DNA of 64,000 nucleotides. Origin: Emiliania huxleyi CCMP1516 (lineage: Eukaryota). Each line of letters opens with the position of its first letter. Positions within the stretch are counted from its first letter, which is position 1. Location of the stretch: positions 190,763-254,762 of the forward strand of contig NW_005201113.1 of the NCBI RefSeq assembly GCF_000372725.1, given 5' to 3'. The translations under genes were made by a program, and so were the position numbers. Positions 47,617 to 60,091 of this stretch are shown here, in pieces. The notes under the pieces are model-generated. The model searched no databases, was not told where the DNA came from, and worked only from the letters and a program-made list of their open reading frames with translations.

Positions 47617-48114
47617 CGAGGTCTCGAGGTTTTATTTCTTCCGCGCCGCGCCGCCGCGCGCACAAACCGCAGCGCCCCGCCTAGGAAAGAGATGAGGAGA
47701 TTGAGGGGCCCGAGGGAGGAATAGTCTCAACGCGTATGGGAGGTAAAGGTGGCGGCGTCACGCTCGCTGCCCGCGGCTTCCCGGGACAGCCCCGCCCTTG
47801 CGAGGCAGGAAGGAAGGTGAACGACTGACCCCATACGCCCTGCGACTAACTACCCCCTCGCCGACCGCCCAACCCCCCCTTCCCCTTCTCCAACCTCGAC
47901 GAGCCGATGACCGTTGAGTTTCTGCCCTGCGCGCCCCCGCCCTGCGCCGCCCCGCACAAACACACACCCCACACGCGAAGTAAAAAGAATCCTTCAAATA
48001 CAAGCCTAAAGAATTTTCGAATCCCAAGGGCGCCCGTTGCGGCCGCGCGCGAGGTGCGCGCAGCGCGCAAGCCGTGTTGCGCAAAAGCTATTTGCCCGTT
48101 CAACACGCCGTGAC

Positions 48115-49570
48115 AAAATAATTTTACAACCAAACGCCCTCGCACGACACTGACGCGCACTGGCACTATAAAACACAGGTCACCAATCCAGAAAAGAATT
48201 GTTACATCTGCGCAGCACACTGACGAGAAGAGCCGCGGTGTGGACGGTTTTTTTCGCGGTATCCGCGGCGGGATATGGCGGGATATGGCGGGATACCGGG
48301 AGATACCGGGAGATACCGGGAGATACCGGGAGATACCGGGAGATACGAGATAAGGGCGGATACGGGCAGATACGGGCAGATACGGGGAGATACGGGGAGA
48401 TGCGATGAGATGCAAGGAGATACGGGGAGATACGGTCAGATATTGCATAGGAGATACATCAAGATACCGCAAAAAAACCGTCCGCACTAGGGCTCGCTCA
48501 GGCGGCTGCTCAGGCCGCTCAGGCGGCCGCTCTCGGACGGTACAGGTTGGTCAACGCTTGGTTCTATCCTCTCGCGGCGACTGGTACACCTTGTACTGGG
48601 ACGGCAGCGCGGCCGATAACGGTCCGACCGCTCCTCCGACGACTCCTCCTCCGACCAAGACTCAAGCGGCTCCGGCTCTACTAGCGAGGCGAATGACATA
48701 TTCGACATCCTCGACGACCATCTCGGCTACAGTTCCGACTCCGGCGCTCTTACAACGTAGGGGGCCCACACAGCGTCCTAATCTAAAATCTGAGGATTCA
48801 GGATTCAGGCATCGCTTCAGTGAGGCCAAAGTGAGTTTATGGATGTGTGAGAACGGTACGGGACACGAGGAGGCACGCGGACCAGCTCGTCGGTGACTCT
48901 GCTGCACGCCGTTTCCGATTTTTTCTCAGCGTGTGTGAGCGAGACGTGGAAGAGTGCCACCGTCGGGTAGGACGGGTCGGCCCGAAGCATCGGAGTCGCC
49001 GCCGTGGTCGCGGCGAGCAGCGCCGGCCACTCCGGCGCCGCGTCGGCACCGTGGGATCATGTCCACCGCCACTTCGCGGTCACAGCGCTGTTGTCGCCCG
49101 AAACGCCGCATGTACCTCTGGCGGGCCAAAGATCGACTCGCATGTCGATTTTGACTTGACGGCGGCATGGAGGCATCACGTCTCCATGCCGCCGTCAAGT
49201 CGGAGCCAGTCTGCGGCGATCACAGCGCTCGCAGGAGTACATGCGAGCTTTTCTACAGAGTCAAGCGATTGCGCGAATCCCACACTGGTGGATTTTGGGG
49301 CGCTGTGGACCCCCTATTACAAGCCTACTCTGTGAATTCGCGGAGCGAAGAAAATTTTATACGGAATACGTCCATTTTTGGAGCTTGGAATACGGCGTAT
49401 TCCATGGAATACGTGGAATGCGGGTGGAATACGGGTGGAATACAGGCCTCTGGGAGGTCATTTGGAATACGATATACGTGGAAAACGTATTCACAGAGTT
49501 GGATTACAAGCTGCCGAGCCCAAATCACTGAGTGTGCCACATTTCTTGTTGGCTTCTAAAAATCTCTCTC
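48115..49570. repeat. Composite dispersed element sharing blocks with 55823-56552
   Basis: 48115-48170 matches 55826-55886; 48495-48745 matches 56115-56470; 49507-49570 matches 56486-56551 and, inverted, 54915-55001. Confidence 0.75.
48268..48462. repeat. 10-bp tandem repeat (GGAGATACCG and variants)
   Basis: Direct tandem copies. Confidence 0.95.
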
Positions 49571-49595
49571 TGACACGACAAGGGCGCGGAGGCGA

Positions 49596-49656
49596 TCAAT
49601 AATAGTACTCACCACCTGCGCCTTGATGTGGCCAAGGCTGCTGCTGTTGCTACTGT

Positions 49657-49701
<45 letters not shown>

Positions 49702-51001
49702 GGACCGCCGTACCCATGCATGTAGCCGTCCTCCTGCGGCACGGACGCGCCGGCGCCCGCCTCCTCGCATGTGACCGTGAACACGGCCGCCTCTGGCTCG
49801 CGGATGTCCAAGCTGATCTGCTCGCCATGCTGCAGCGCGTGCGTGCCGTCGAACCTGTGGAGAGGGGGTCACGTGGAAGGCGATGGGACTAGAGGAGCAC
49901 CGGTGCCCTTGACCGGCTACGGAACGGCCTCGACTACTTCTCGACGCTTCGCTCACTCTCGACGATCTCTCCGCCACACGCGCCACACCTCCGCCACGTC
50001 TCCGCCACGTCTCCGCCGCCCCACAGCCGGATCTCGGCGAGATCTCGGCGAATCTCGGCACCCGATGTCGTCTCCGAGCGGCCTCGCCTTCCGCAGCACC
50101 ATCCACGGAGCGGACTCGTGGGCGCGCCACAGGGTCGGAGGCCTGCGAGGTGGGAGGCAAGGTAAGGTGAGCGTCTCCACACACAACACGCGTAGCGGCA
50201 GAGGAGTGGGGGAACGGCACGTGCTTCGCAGCCTTGTTATCGAGAAGACGGTCCATCGCATGGCGCTGTGCGCTGGTCTGTGAGAGGTTGAGGTGCGAGC
50301 CCTGGACGCCCTGGGGATGGGGGGAGACTACCTTCGCATCTAGGGGCGGCGCGCTTGCCAATGGAGAGGAGCGTCGCGGCGCCGCCCTCCACGTGGACGA
50401 CGCACTGCAGCCGCGACACGTACGGCGACGGGTCGGCCATGTCGGACCGCCCTGCGTGGACGCGTCACGGGGTCAATGCACAGGCATCGCCATATCTCAA
50501 AGGGGTGTCAAAGAGTCTCGGGCGCGCGCCTCAAAATGTCTCCGAGAGGTGTCCTCGGAAATGTGTCCCGCAAACGCATGGAGGTTGTGTGTCTCTGAGG
50601 TGGCTATGTGCGCGCCCAGCGTCTGCTCCTCCCCAGCACAGAGCGGCATCGCGAGCGTGCATCCCGCGTACTCGTAGCGGATACCGGCGTGGGGCAGCAC
50701 GCGCCAGACGAGCGAACTACTGTACGCAGAAGGAGGAACCTGCCACTGCGCCTCGCCGGTGTCGGCGTTATAGTAGTACGTTTCGCCGCTCGCCTGCCGG
50801 TAGGCGAGACACAAAATCATTCCTGGTGTCAAAAAACGGGAGAGGACAGGATCATCTACTGCTCGCCTCGTCGACGGCAGGGTACCAGTTGTTGTCTTGC
50901 GCGATGAGCTGGCACCGGTGTCGTGTCCGCAGAGACGCCGGACGTGTCCAGACGGCAGGCTGCAGCGCAAAGGCCGACGCCGCGAGCCAGGTGCCGAGCA
51001 T
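49596..51001 (-). CDS. WW + FHA-like domain protein with poly-Q tail and possible plastid-targeting presequence
   Basis: MLGTWLAASAFALQ; WYPAVDE|ASGETYYYNADTGEAQW (intron 50794-50866); QTLG|RSDM...YVSRLQCVV (intron 50452-50615); ALQHGEQISLD; (CAG)n. Some junctions unresolved. Confidence 0.6.
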
Positions 51002-51217
51002 GCAAAAGACTGAAACAAACGTTCACCCGCGCTGTCTGGCTTATTTCTGCTTTCTTCTTCTTTGTTTAAAAATTCTTTTCTTCACGCCGTCGGTGTGTGT
51101 GTGTGTGTGTCACACACGCCGTCGGCGGCCTGCCGCCGCTCTCTGCCCTCTCGGCGGCCGCCGCAGCGAGCACCCACCCGCAGCCCGGGGGCCACGCGGC
51201 CGGGCACCAGGCCTTCG

Positions 51218-52710
51218 ATGGCGGCCTCGCCCGCCATCGACCTGGGAGAGACGCTCGCGGCTCTGTTCAAGCGCGCGCGCGTCGCCGACAACCTCTACCG
51301 CAGGTATGAGGGGCGGCTCGCGGAGCTGGGCGTTGGCGACGCTGGCGACCTCCTCGAGGAGGTCGCTGAGAAGCAGAAGGGCATCGGCTCGCTCGACATC
51401 CACGACCGCCAGGCGGAGAAGCTCCGCCGGGCTCTTCTCGGCCGGCGGGGCTGGGGGGACGCAGCTGCGGTCTTGGCATCCCTCAGCGGCCTGTCGCTGG
51501 GCGACACCCCAGCTGGGGTGGCGGCTGGCGATCAGGCGGCTGCTGGCGGGGCAGCGGCTGGCGGCGAGGGCCGCGGCGGCGCGCGCCCCCAAGAGGCGGA
51601 CGGCGGTGCCTGCGACGCGCAGGCCGCAGAAGGTGGGTCCGGAGGTGGGACCGAGGGATCCAGTTTGGACCCCTTGGAGCCCGCGCTGCCGGAGAGTGGC
51701 GATGGGACGATCGCTGCCGCGGGGGGGGAGGAGGAGGTCGAGGGCGGGCGGAAGGCGCCGCGGCGCCGCCGAGGGCGGCGCGGCCGTGGCGCCAGGGGTC
51801 GCGGGGGAGGGCTCGAGAAGGGGCCCGACACCGCGGCGGGTTTGGCTGCTGAGCGGCCCAACCCAGTGGAGGAGGTTTCCACCGGCGGCGCGGCGCCGGC
51901 GGAGGGGGAGGAGGGCGGCCGCTCTCGCTCGCCGAATGGACCTGGACGTGCCCCATATTGGGGGCCCGCCGGCATTACCCCGCCCGAGACGCCGGTCTCG
52001 GACGCGCTGCTGGCGCGCCCCACCCTTTCATTCTTTCAGATGAGGCCACGGGTTCTGAGGCGGGCGAGGCGGCTGCTGAGGCGTTGGCGGAGGCGGCGGT
52101 CGACGCCGTCTACGGGGCGCTCGTGGCGGCGACGCTCGAGGAGTGGGCTGGAGCGAGCACGGACAACCCCATCTCCGCGGCGGACGCTCGAGGCCCAGGC
52201 CTCGAGTGTCAGCAGTGCTTTGGGAGCTTTTACGACGAGTTTGGCGTGGAGCCGTGGCTGTGGCGCCGGGCGTTGCGTGAGGGCTGGTCGGAGCTGGGGG
52301 GCTGGTCGAGAGAGGAGATGGAGGCGGCGGAGAAGGAGATCTGGCGCGGCGAGAGTTCTGAGATCTCTCAGCTAGGCGAGTGGGTCTGCGATGCTTGCCT
52401 GGAAGGCTTCTTGGGGGGTGGCTTCGGCGACTACTCGATGCTGCGGAAGGGGCATGCGCCGTCTGCGAATCACCCCTGGATAGGTCGCTCGCGCGACCTC
52501 TCCTGGATGCGCAAGGGGCCCATAGGGGTCACGCGGAGGGAGGCGCTGTTAGCGGCGGAGGAGGCGAAGGCGGCCGCGCGGGCGGCGGAGAAGGCGGCGC
52601 GGGCAGCGGAGGGGGGGAAGGGCGGCGGCAGCGGGCGGCAGTCCCGCGAGGCACGCCGGCGGAAGGGTTCGTCTTCGCGGGGCGGGGTGCACTGCGCGCC
52701 GCGAGGATGA
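51218..52710 (+). CDS. Uncharacterised ORF with a SAM-like N-terminus and CxxC...CxxC motif (possibly element-borne)
   Basis: LFKRARVADNLYRRYEGRLAELGV...LDIHDRQAEKLRRAL; CQQC...WVCDAC; probable acceptor at 52039. Confidence 0.3.
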
Positions 52711-53321
52711 GGAGCCTGAGCCAGGGGAGGGTTGGGAAGGGGGGGCGAGGCCGGAGGAGTATGACGGCCTCTTCGACGGCCCATAAGGGGCCGTTGTCTG
52801 CTGTGCCTTTTGTGGTGCTAGTTCGTGCCAGTCTGCTGTGAGAGGGGCTTGTATTGCTAGAATTCTTCTTTCTTCGAGCTGCGCAGCGGCTACGTTGCGC
52901 CGTATTCGAGTAACCCCTGGATAGGTCGCTCGCGCGACCTCTCCTGGATGCGCAAGGGGCCCATAGGGGTCACGCGGAGGGAGGCGCTGTTAGCGGCGGA
53001 GGAGGCGAAGGCGGCCGCGCGGGCGGCGGAGAAAGAAGGCGGCGCGGGCGGCGGAGGGGGGGAAGGGCGGCGGCCACGGGCGGCAGTCCCGGGAGGCACG
53101 CCGGCGGAAGGGCTCGTCTTCGCGGGGCGGGGTGCGCACTGCGCGCCGCGAGGATGAGGAGCCTGAGCCAGGGGAGGGTTGGGAAGGGGGGGCGAGGCCG
53201 GAGGAGTATGACGGCCTCTTCAACGGCCCATAAGGGGCCGTTGTCTGCTGTGCCTTTTGTGGTGCTAGTCCGTGCGCGTGCCAGTCTGCTGTGAGAGGGG
53301 CTTGTATTCGTAGAATTCTTC
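52472..53321 (+). repeat. ~400-bp direct duplication (52472-52868 and 52913-53321)
   Basis: Near-identical copies, both ending CTTGTATT...AGAATTCTTC. Confidence 0.92.
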
Positions 53322-53409
53322 AAGCATGCGCGAGGCTGCGTGTCTTGTGAGCTTGTGTGTGTCTGTCTCTGTGTGACTGTGTCGCTCACGCGTGTCGTCA
53401 TCATCTGTC

Positions 53410-53480
53410 TCGCGTCCACACCCATACCGCGTTGGTGTCCAGTCCGAGCCTGACTGTTCTTCACCTTCCTACCTGCCTAC
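53410..53480 (+). repeat. Dispersed repeat, also at 63877-63945
   Basis: CGCGTCCACACCCATACCGCGTTGGTGTCCAGTCCGAGCCTG.CTGTTCTTCACCTT. Confidence 0.9.
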
Positions 53481-53800
53481 CTAGCTGGCTAGCTGCCTCT
53501 TTGCGCCGCTGGGGCGGGGACGCGACCGATACTTTCTCCTTTAATAGAGCATAGTCCATAGAGGTATCACTATCAGTTTTATTATTTGTCAGTTTTATGT
53601 TTATAGCTCGACGGTTGTTTAGTATTAGCTGTAAAGTTTAGGAAGAGCAAACAACATCTCCTCTGAAGAGAATAAGATATAAGTGGGCAAAGTACCTTGG
53701 CCCTGCGCCCCCAACCCGAGGGCGCGCCTAGAAAAGGCCGCCCGCGCCCCTCTGCGCTCCGACTCAAACCTCTCCTTCCCGCTGCGGGGCCGAAGCGCGT

Positions 53801-54584
53801 CTACGAGATCTGGCCGCAGTCGGCGATCACCACCTTCTTGGCCGTCTGGCCCGACTGCGAGCCGACCGCCTCGATCGCCTTGACCACCTCCATGCCCTTG
53901 GTGACGGAGCCAAAGACGACGTGCTTGCCGTCGAGCCAGTCCGTCTTGACGGTGCAGAGGAAGAACTGGGAGCCGTTGGTGCCCGGGCCGGCGTTGGCCA
54001 TCGAGAGGATGCCCGGGCCGGTGTGCTTGAGCTGGAAGTTCTCGTCGGCAAACTTGGCGCCGTAGATGGACTCGCCGCCGGTGCCGTTGCCCGCCGTGAA
54101 GTCGCCGCCCTGGCACATGAAGTTGGTGATGACGCGGTGGAAGGCAGAGCCCTTGAAGTGGAGCGGCTTGCCGCTCTTCCCCATGCCCTTCTCGCCCGTG
54201 CAGAGCGCGCGGAAGTTCTCCGCCGTCTGCGGGGCGGCGGCGAAGGGAGCGGCGAGGGCAGCGGGGGTGAGAGGCGGTGAGGGAGGCGGAGAGAACGGCG
54301 GTGGGTGGAGGTGAGGCCCCTCGCACCTTTGGGACGACGTCGGCGCGGAGCGTCATCTCGATGCGGCCGGCCGGCGCGCCACCGATGGTCATATCCTGCG
54401 AGGGCGGGCAGAGTGCCGATGCGGACACCACACGGCGACATTTGTGTGTCGCGAGGCGAGGCTCGCGGAGGGGGAGCTGGCGGCTGCTGCAGGCGGGTTG
54501 CGCCGTCCGCAGGCCGTGCGGAGGGACGGCGTGCTGGCTGTGTGGGGTGCGAGGGCGCACGAAAAAGACGACGGGGCAAGACAT
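53801..54584 (-). CDS. Cyclophilin (divergent-loop type)
   Basis: Exons 54584-54561, 54395-54327 and 54226-53801. [33 protein letters not shown]...CQGGDF...[10 protein letters not shown]. Confidence 0.95.
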
Positions 54585-56942
54585 GATGACGAAGGAAGGA
54601 TTGCGAGAAGCGATGCGCGCTGTGGGGCCAGTGGCCGAGGTGCCAGCCACGGGATGGGGTGGGGGCGGGGTCCCCACTGTTGTGTGTACGCCAACTCAGG
54701 GTGTGTGGCAGCCAGCTGGCTGTGTGTCTTGTGAGCTGCTCCCACCAGCCACGGGATGGGGTGGGGGCGGGGACCCACTGTTGTGTGTTAATTGAGTGAG
54801 AGTTTTTGTCGCTTCCTCCCCTCGGTAGGTCATGCCGCAGAAGCTGCCCGTACCCCACCCGGGTACGTTGTGTTGGACGCGTCTTGGGCTCAACTAGACT
54901 CTAGAGTTGTTTGGAGAGAGAGAGAGATTTTTAAAGACCAACAAGATATACCTAAGAACAAGAAATCACGACTCTCACAGTGATTTGGGCTCGGCAGCTT
55001 GTTAGCCCTCAGCCGAAGCTGGGGCCGGTCCCGTAGCCGAGAGAGCCCGCGCCGTCCGCCGATGAGTTCGACGCGCCGGCCGGGGGCCTGCGAAGAGGCC
55101 AGCGAGATGGCGATCGCTGTACTTCATGGTGTCATCAAGTGACTGGCTGACAAGCCAGAGGTCGATACTCTGGACGACCCATAGGATGCCACGAATGCCT
55201 GAAGGAGAGGGAGGCGAGGCCAGAGGCAGGCTCAGCTGCTCTCGGGTGATCCCGCTTTGGTGGCTGAAGGACCCGTCTCTCTCTTGTTTGGTATTGCTAA
55301 AAATCTCTCTCTCAACCAGGTTTTCCGGAAAACAAACAACGAAGGCGCTCTCAAAAAAAAAGGAAAACAGAGGGTCCCCGCAGCACTTTGCGTTTCCGGA
55401 AATTTCCAGGGAAAACAGAGGGTGTTTGGTGCTCCATTCTGGAAACTCGCGAGTTTCCCTGAGTCTGAGAGCTGGTCTGGGGCAAAATCTGAGGCAAAAT
55501 TGAGGAAATCGACAAAATACCCAGGCGGTCGCAGGGTAATTTCCAGGACCAGGTATACACGGGTTCTCCGCGAAATTCCCGGCATTTTGCCGATTTGGCC
55601 TAAAATTTGGCTGATTTTGGGCCCAAACCAGCCTCAGTGCTCAGACTCGGCTCAGAGCCAAAAATTTGACGATTTCCACGCAGTTTTCCCGGCAAAATAG
55701 AGAGGAAAAGAGAGGGTGCTGTAGAGAACGAAAAGGAAAGGAAAACAGACGGGGTGCGAGAGGCAAACCTGGTTGAGCCCAAGCACGCGTCCGAACCAGG
55801 TCCGAACCAACCACGCGTGTCAAGAGAATTTTACAACAAAACTCCCTCGCACAACACTGGGCACGGGACTGGCGCGCACTGGCACGTCAAGAGAATCTCC
55901 TCTCTCGCGCGTGTCCCTCCTTTCATTCACACTCCCAGTCCTTCCTTCCTGGCTGGCGGGTCTAGTCAGTGCCCGTGTTCTCCAAACGCCGGTCTACATA
56001 CCCGTCGTTCCACGTTCGTGCGAATTTGAAGAAGAAGGCAAAACGACAAGAAGCGCGCCAAGGCCAAAGCAGCGGCTATCGCCGCTGCAGCGGCCGAGGA
56101 GGCTGCTGCAAAGGCGGCTGCTCAGGCGGCCGCTCAGGCCGCTCAGGCGGCCGCACTCGGACGGTACAGGTTGGTCAACGCTTGGTTCTATCCACGCGGC
56201 GACTGGTACACCTTCTACTGGGATGGCAGCTCGGCCGACAAGGTCGCAAGGCGCGCTACCTACCCGACGCTCGAGCACGACGACCACGACCCCGGCCCCC
56301 TCGCAGAGCGCATCAGGCGCGACAAGCGCGAGGCGTCCCACCGCTCCTCCGACGACTCCTCCTCCGACCGCGACTCGTGCGGCACCGGCTCCACTAGCCT
56401 AGCGACTAGCGAGGCGAATGACATATTCGACACCCTCGAAGACCATCTCGGCTACGGTTCCGACTCCGGCTCCGGCTGGTAGTCGACAAGCTGCCGAGCG
56501 CAAATCACTCTCTCTGACACATTTCTTGTTGGCTTCTAAAAATCTCTCTCTCTCGCGAATTTGGGCCTTCCTTCTTCAGACGTTTCACCTACTAGACGCT
56601 AGACCTAGAGCGAGTGGCGTCTGGCGACGGTTACTGTCCACTATGAAGTGTGGACCCGCGTGAACAGCAGCTCCTGACCACGGCGCCGCAGGCGCCTGTT
56701 GAGAGAGAGATTTTTAGCAATACCTTGTTGTTGATGTTGTTGTCCTGTTCGTGCACGTGATAGCCCTGGATAGGCAATGCATACGCCTAGTTGGGCCTCG
56801 GATCGCCCGACCTCGTCCCGGTGCTCTGTGGTCGGATTTGTGACGCCGCCGCACCGCGCCGCGGCCGGGGCCCTCAACAGCAGGAACAACTCGGGCCTGT
56901 TTTTCTTGTGACGCTCGCACGTCTCGAGCCGCCCCTTTCCCC

Positions 56943-57676
56943 ATGCCGGCAGTCGTCTATTTCGTGCGCCCGCTTCTGCTCGCTCGAGGGCCTCCGCCCC
57001 CGCACGCGAGAAGCTCACCCTCGATCGCGCTCACCGCAGGATATGACCATCGGTGGCGCGCCGGCCGGCCGCATCGAGATGACGCTCCGCGACGACATCG
57101 TCCCAAAGGTGCGAGGGGCCTCACCCGCCGCCGCCCTCGCCGCCTCTCCGTGGCCGTGACCGCCGCTGCCATCACCGCCGCACTCGCTGGCGCCCTCGCC
57201 GCCGCTGCTCTCGCGCCTCCTGCCCGCCGCCGCCACTCACCACCACCGCTCCCTTCGCCGCCGCCCCGCAGACGGCGGAGAACTTCCGCGCGCTGTGCAC
57301 GGGCGAGAAGGGCTTTGGCTACAAGGGCTCTGCCTTCCACCGCGTCATCACCAACTTCATGTGCCAGGGCGGCGACTTCACGGCGGGCAACGGCACCGGC
57401 GGCAAGTCCATCTACGGCGCCAAGTTTGCCGACGAGAACTTCCAGCTCAAGCACACCGGCCCGGGCATCCTCTCGATGGCCAACGCCGGCCCGGGCACCA
57501 ACGGCTCCCAGTTCTTCCTCTGCACCGTCAAGACGGACTGGCTCGACGGCAAGCACGTCGTCTTTGGCTCCGTCACCAAGGGCATGGAGGTGGTCAAGGC
57601 GATCGAGGCGGTCGGCTCGCAGTCGGGCAAGACGGCCAAGCCGGTGGTGATCGCCGACTGCGGCCAGATCTCGTAG
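56943..57676 (+). CDS. Cyclophilin (CypA-like, no divergent loop)
   Basis: Exons 56943-56963, 57040-57108 and 57272-57676. [26 protein letters not shown]. Confidence 0.95.
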
Positions 57677-58118
57677 GCGACACTCCTTGCCTAGACGCCG
57701 GGCGCTCCCCGGCTCATATCTCTGTTCTCTCGGGGGGATGATCTCGCTCTTTCATCACACTCCGTTTCTCCCCATCTCGCTCGCGCCCTAGGGGATGGCC
57801 ATGACTGGAAAACAGCTTACATGTAGGGTTTACTAGGTTTTGTCGTCGCGGGGTATTACGTTCAAAGATATGCCATCACCAAACAACGCGCGGGAGCCGT
57901 GGTGGTGTGCCGGGGAGCGGGGAGGGGGACACGGTCGCACGGACCACGGTGCGGCTGCGGCGTGCGGGCTGCGGCGCGCGCGGTGCCGTGCGCGGTGGCC
58001 GACGGTATAAGGGGTGAGCGGCCATACGAACGCGCCTCGACGCTCAACACAGGTACAAGTCAACCCGCCACGGCCCGGCCAGTCTGCTGTGCGCCGTGGC
58101 GCGGCATTCCTAGAGCGA

Positions 58119-60091
58119 CTAGCGTCCCGCCCTGCCGCGCTTTTGCACTCGCTGCTGCGCCGCGGCGAAGGCTTCGTCGCTCAGCGGGTCCTCGGGCAAG
58201 GCGGAGCCACCCCGCTGTTTGCCGCTCTTGCCGCCCTTTGGCGCCTGTCGGAGACAGAGAGGGAGCGGTGAGGGCGCACCGCGCCGCGGCCTGCAGCGGC
58301 GTCGGGGCGGCGCGTTTGACGCTGCAGACCCGGGGCCACCGCACCGCCAGAAGGCAGTGCGTGCTGCCGAAGGGAGAGTGCCGCTGACAGTGTGTGCTGC
58401 TGAGGGCAGAGTGCCGCTGAGGGCAGAGCGAACACACCGCCGCGGCGCTTCCGAATCGAACTTCCGGTGGCGCTCCCGTGGCCGCAGCCGCATCCCCCGC
58501 GTCCGTGGTCCACCGCTCTGTTGTCCCGTGGCGTGGAATGAGGACGGCCCTCCACAGGGCGCAAGGACGTGCCGGCTGCAACGCGTGTATCGCATCTACG
58601 CCCGCCCGCCTTGCCCGCCTTGCCGCCTCCCGCATACCGCTCCTCCAGCGACTGCAGCATCGAGCCAAACTCGCTCTGCCTCGCCGCGCCACGCGCCATC
58701 AGCGCACTCTTGAGCGCGTCGTCGCCGCCGCCGCTCAGGCCGAGCTCTGCCGCCGCCGCCTGGGGGGAAGGGGGGGGGAGCGGAGGCTCGGGGAAGGCTC
58801 GGGGAAGGCTCGGGGAAGGCTCGGGGAAGGCTCGGGGAAGTTTCACGAAGCGAGAGGCAGAGCTCTGCCGCCGAGGCCGAAGCAGCCTCCTTGGTGGCGC
58901 GCAAACCTCGGCTCGATCTCGCTCGATCTCGGCTCGATCTCGGCTCGATCTCGGCTCGATCTCGGCTCGATCCCGGCTCGATCCCGGCTCGATCTCGCCT
59001 CGGCCTCCGCCGCCTCCTTCGCCGCGCGCCGCTCGCGCTGGAGCCGCTTGCTGTCCTTCTCGCCCTCAAACTGGCGGTACATCCGCAGCTCGCCCGCCTC
59101 GACCAGCCCCCGCCTGAGGACGCGTGGTAGACGTGTCCCGGACGTGTCCCGAGGCCGGCCCCTCGCCCGCCTCGGCCGGCCCGCGCAGCGTCTCGCGAAA
59201 GCGCGGCTCGTCGTCGGCGGTCGAGAACATCATCGCGTCCATCACCTTGCGAGGACGCGTCGAGGACGTGTCGAGGACGTGTCACGGACGTGTCATGGAC
59301 GTGTCGCTGGAGACGTGCCACTGGGAGCGCGCGTCAATGCCGTGTCAAGGACGTGTCGAGGACGTGTCGGTGGGGATGCGCCAGTGAGACGGCGTCATTG
59401 AGACGCGACGTGTCGTGGACGCGTCTCAGACGTGTCTAGTGGCGTGTGATCACCTTGCCCATGTCTCCCTTGGCGGCGATGTAGTGGGCGCGGAGGTCGG
59501 CGGCCTCCTCCTCGGTGTGGCGGTAGCTCGCCGCCAGCGCGTCCAGCTTCTCGAGGCTCACCCGCTCGAACGCCTCGCGCCAGTAGGAGGCGTCGCCGCC
59601 GCCGCCGCTGCCTGCGGCCACCGGGAAGGCGGAGGCGGGTGGCGGCGGTGGTGAGGCGGCGGCGGCGGCGGCGGTGGCTCGGTGGCGGAAGCGATGCGCG
59701 TCGTGGTTGCGGCGGTGTGGCGGGCGATGGCAGTGGTGGCGGCGAGCGGTTGCTGGACGGCAGAGAGTGGCGTGGGAGTGGCGGCACCGTCGTCGACCAT
59801 CCCCGTCTCGTCATACAGCTTGCGCTTCTCGGCGTCGGAGAGGACGGCGTACGCGCGGCCGACCTGCTGGAAGCGCTCGGTCGCCGCCTCGTCCCCGCCA
59901 TTCTTGTCGGGGTGCGTGTCGCGCGCGGCCTTGAGGTACGCCTGCAGTTGGCGGGAGTCGGCGGCGCAATCAGTGCGGCGAGAGAGATTAGGGGAAGTGG
60001 AGCGGGCCGCGGCGATGCGCGCCCGCTTGATGGCGGCGGCGTCGGCGTCGGCCTGGACGCCGAGGAGCTCGTAGAGGCTGCTCGTCGACAT
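58119..60091 (-). CDS. J-domain protein, DNAJC9-like (multi-exon)
   Basis: LYELLGV...[17 protein letters not shown]...[18 protein letters not shown]...[16 protein letters not shown]...[30 protein letters not shown]. Introns filled with 10-bp minisatellites. Confidence 0.85.

Noticed and set aside
45689..47724. Long plus-strand ORFs (570 and 547 aa) and many similar Arg/Ala-rich ORFs across the window
   Set aside because: Antisense or off-frame shadows of real GC-rich genes.
49623..49892. Poly-Leu signal-anchor ORF
   Set aside because: It is the antisense of the poly-Gln tail of the WW/FHA-like gene.
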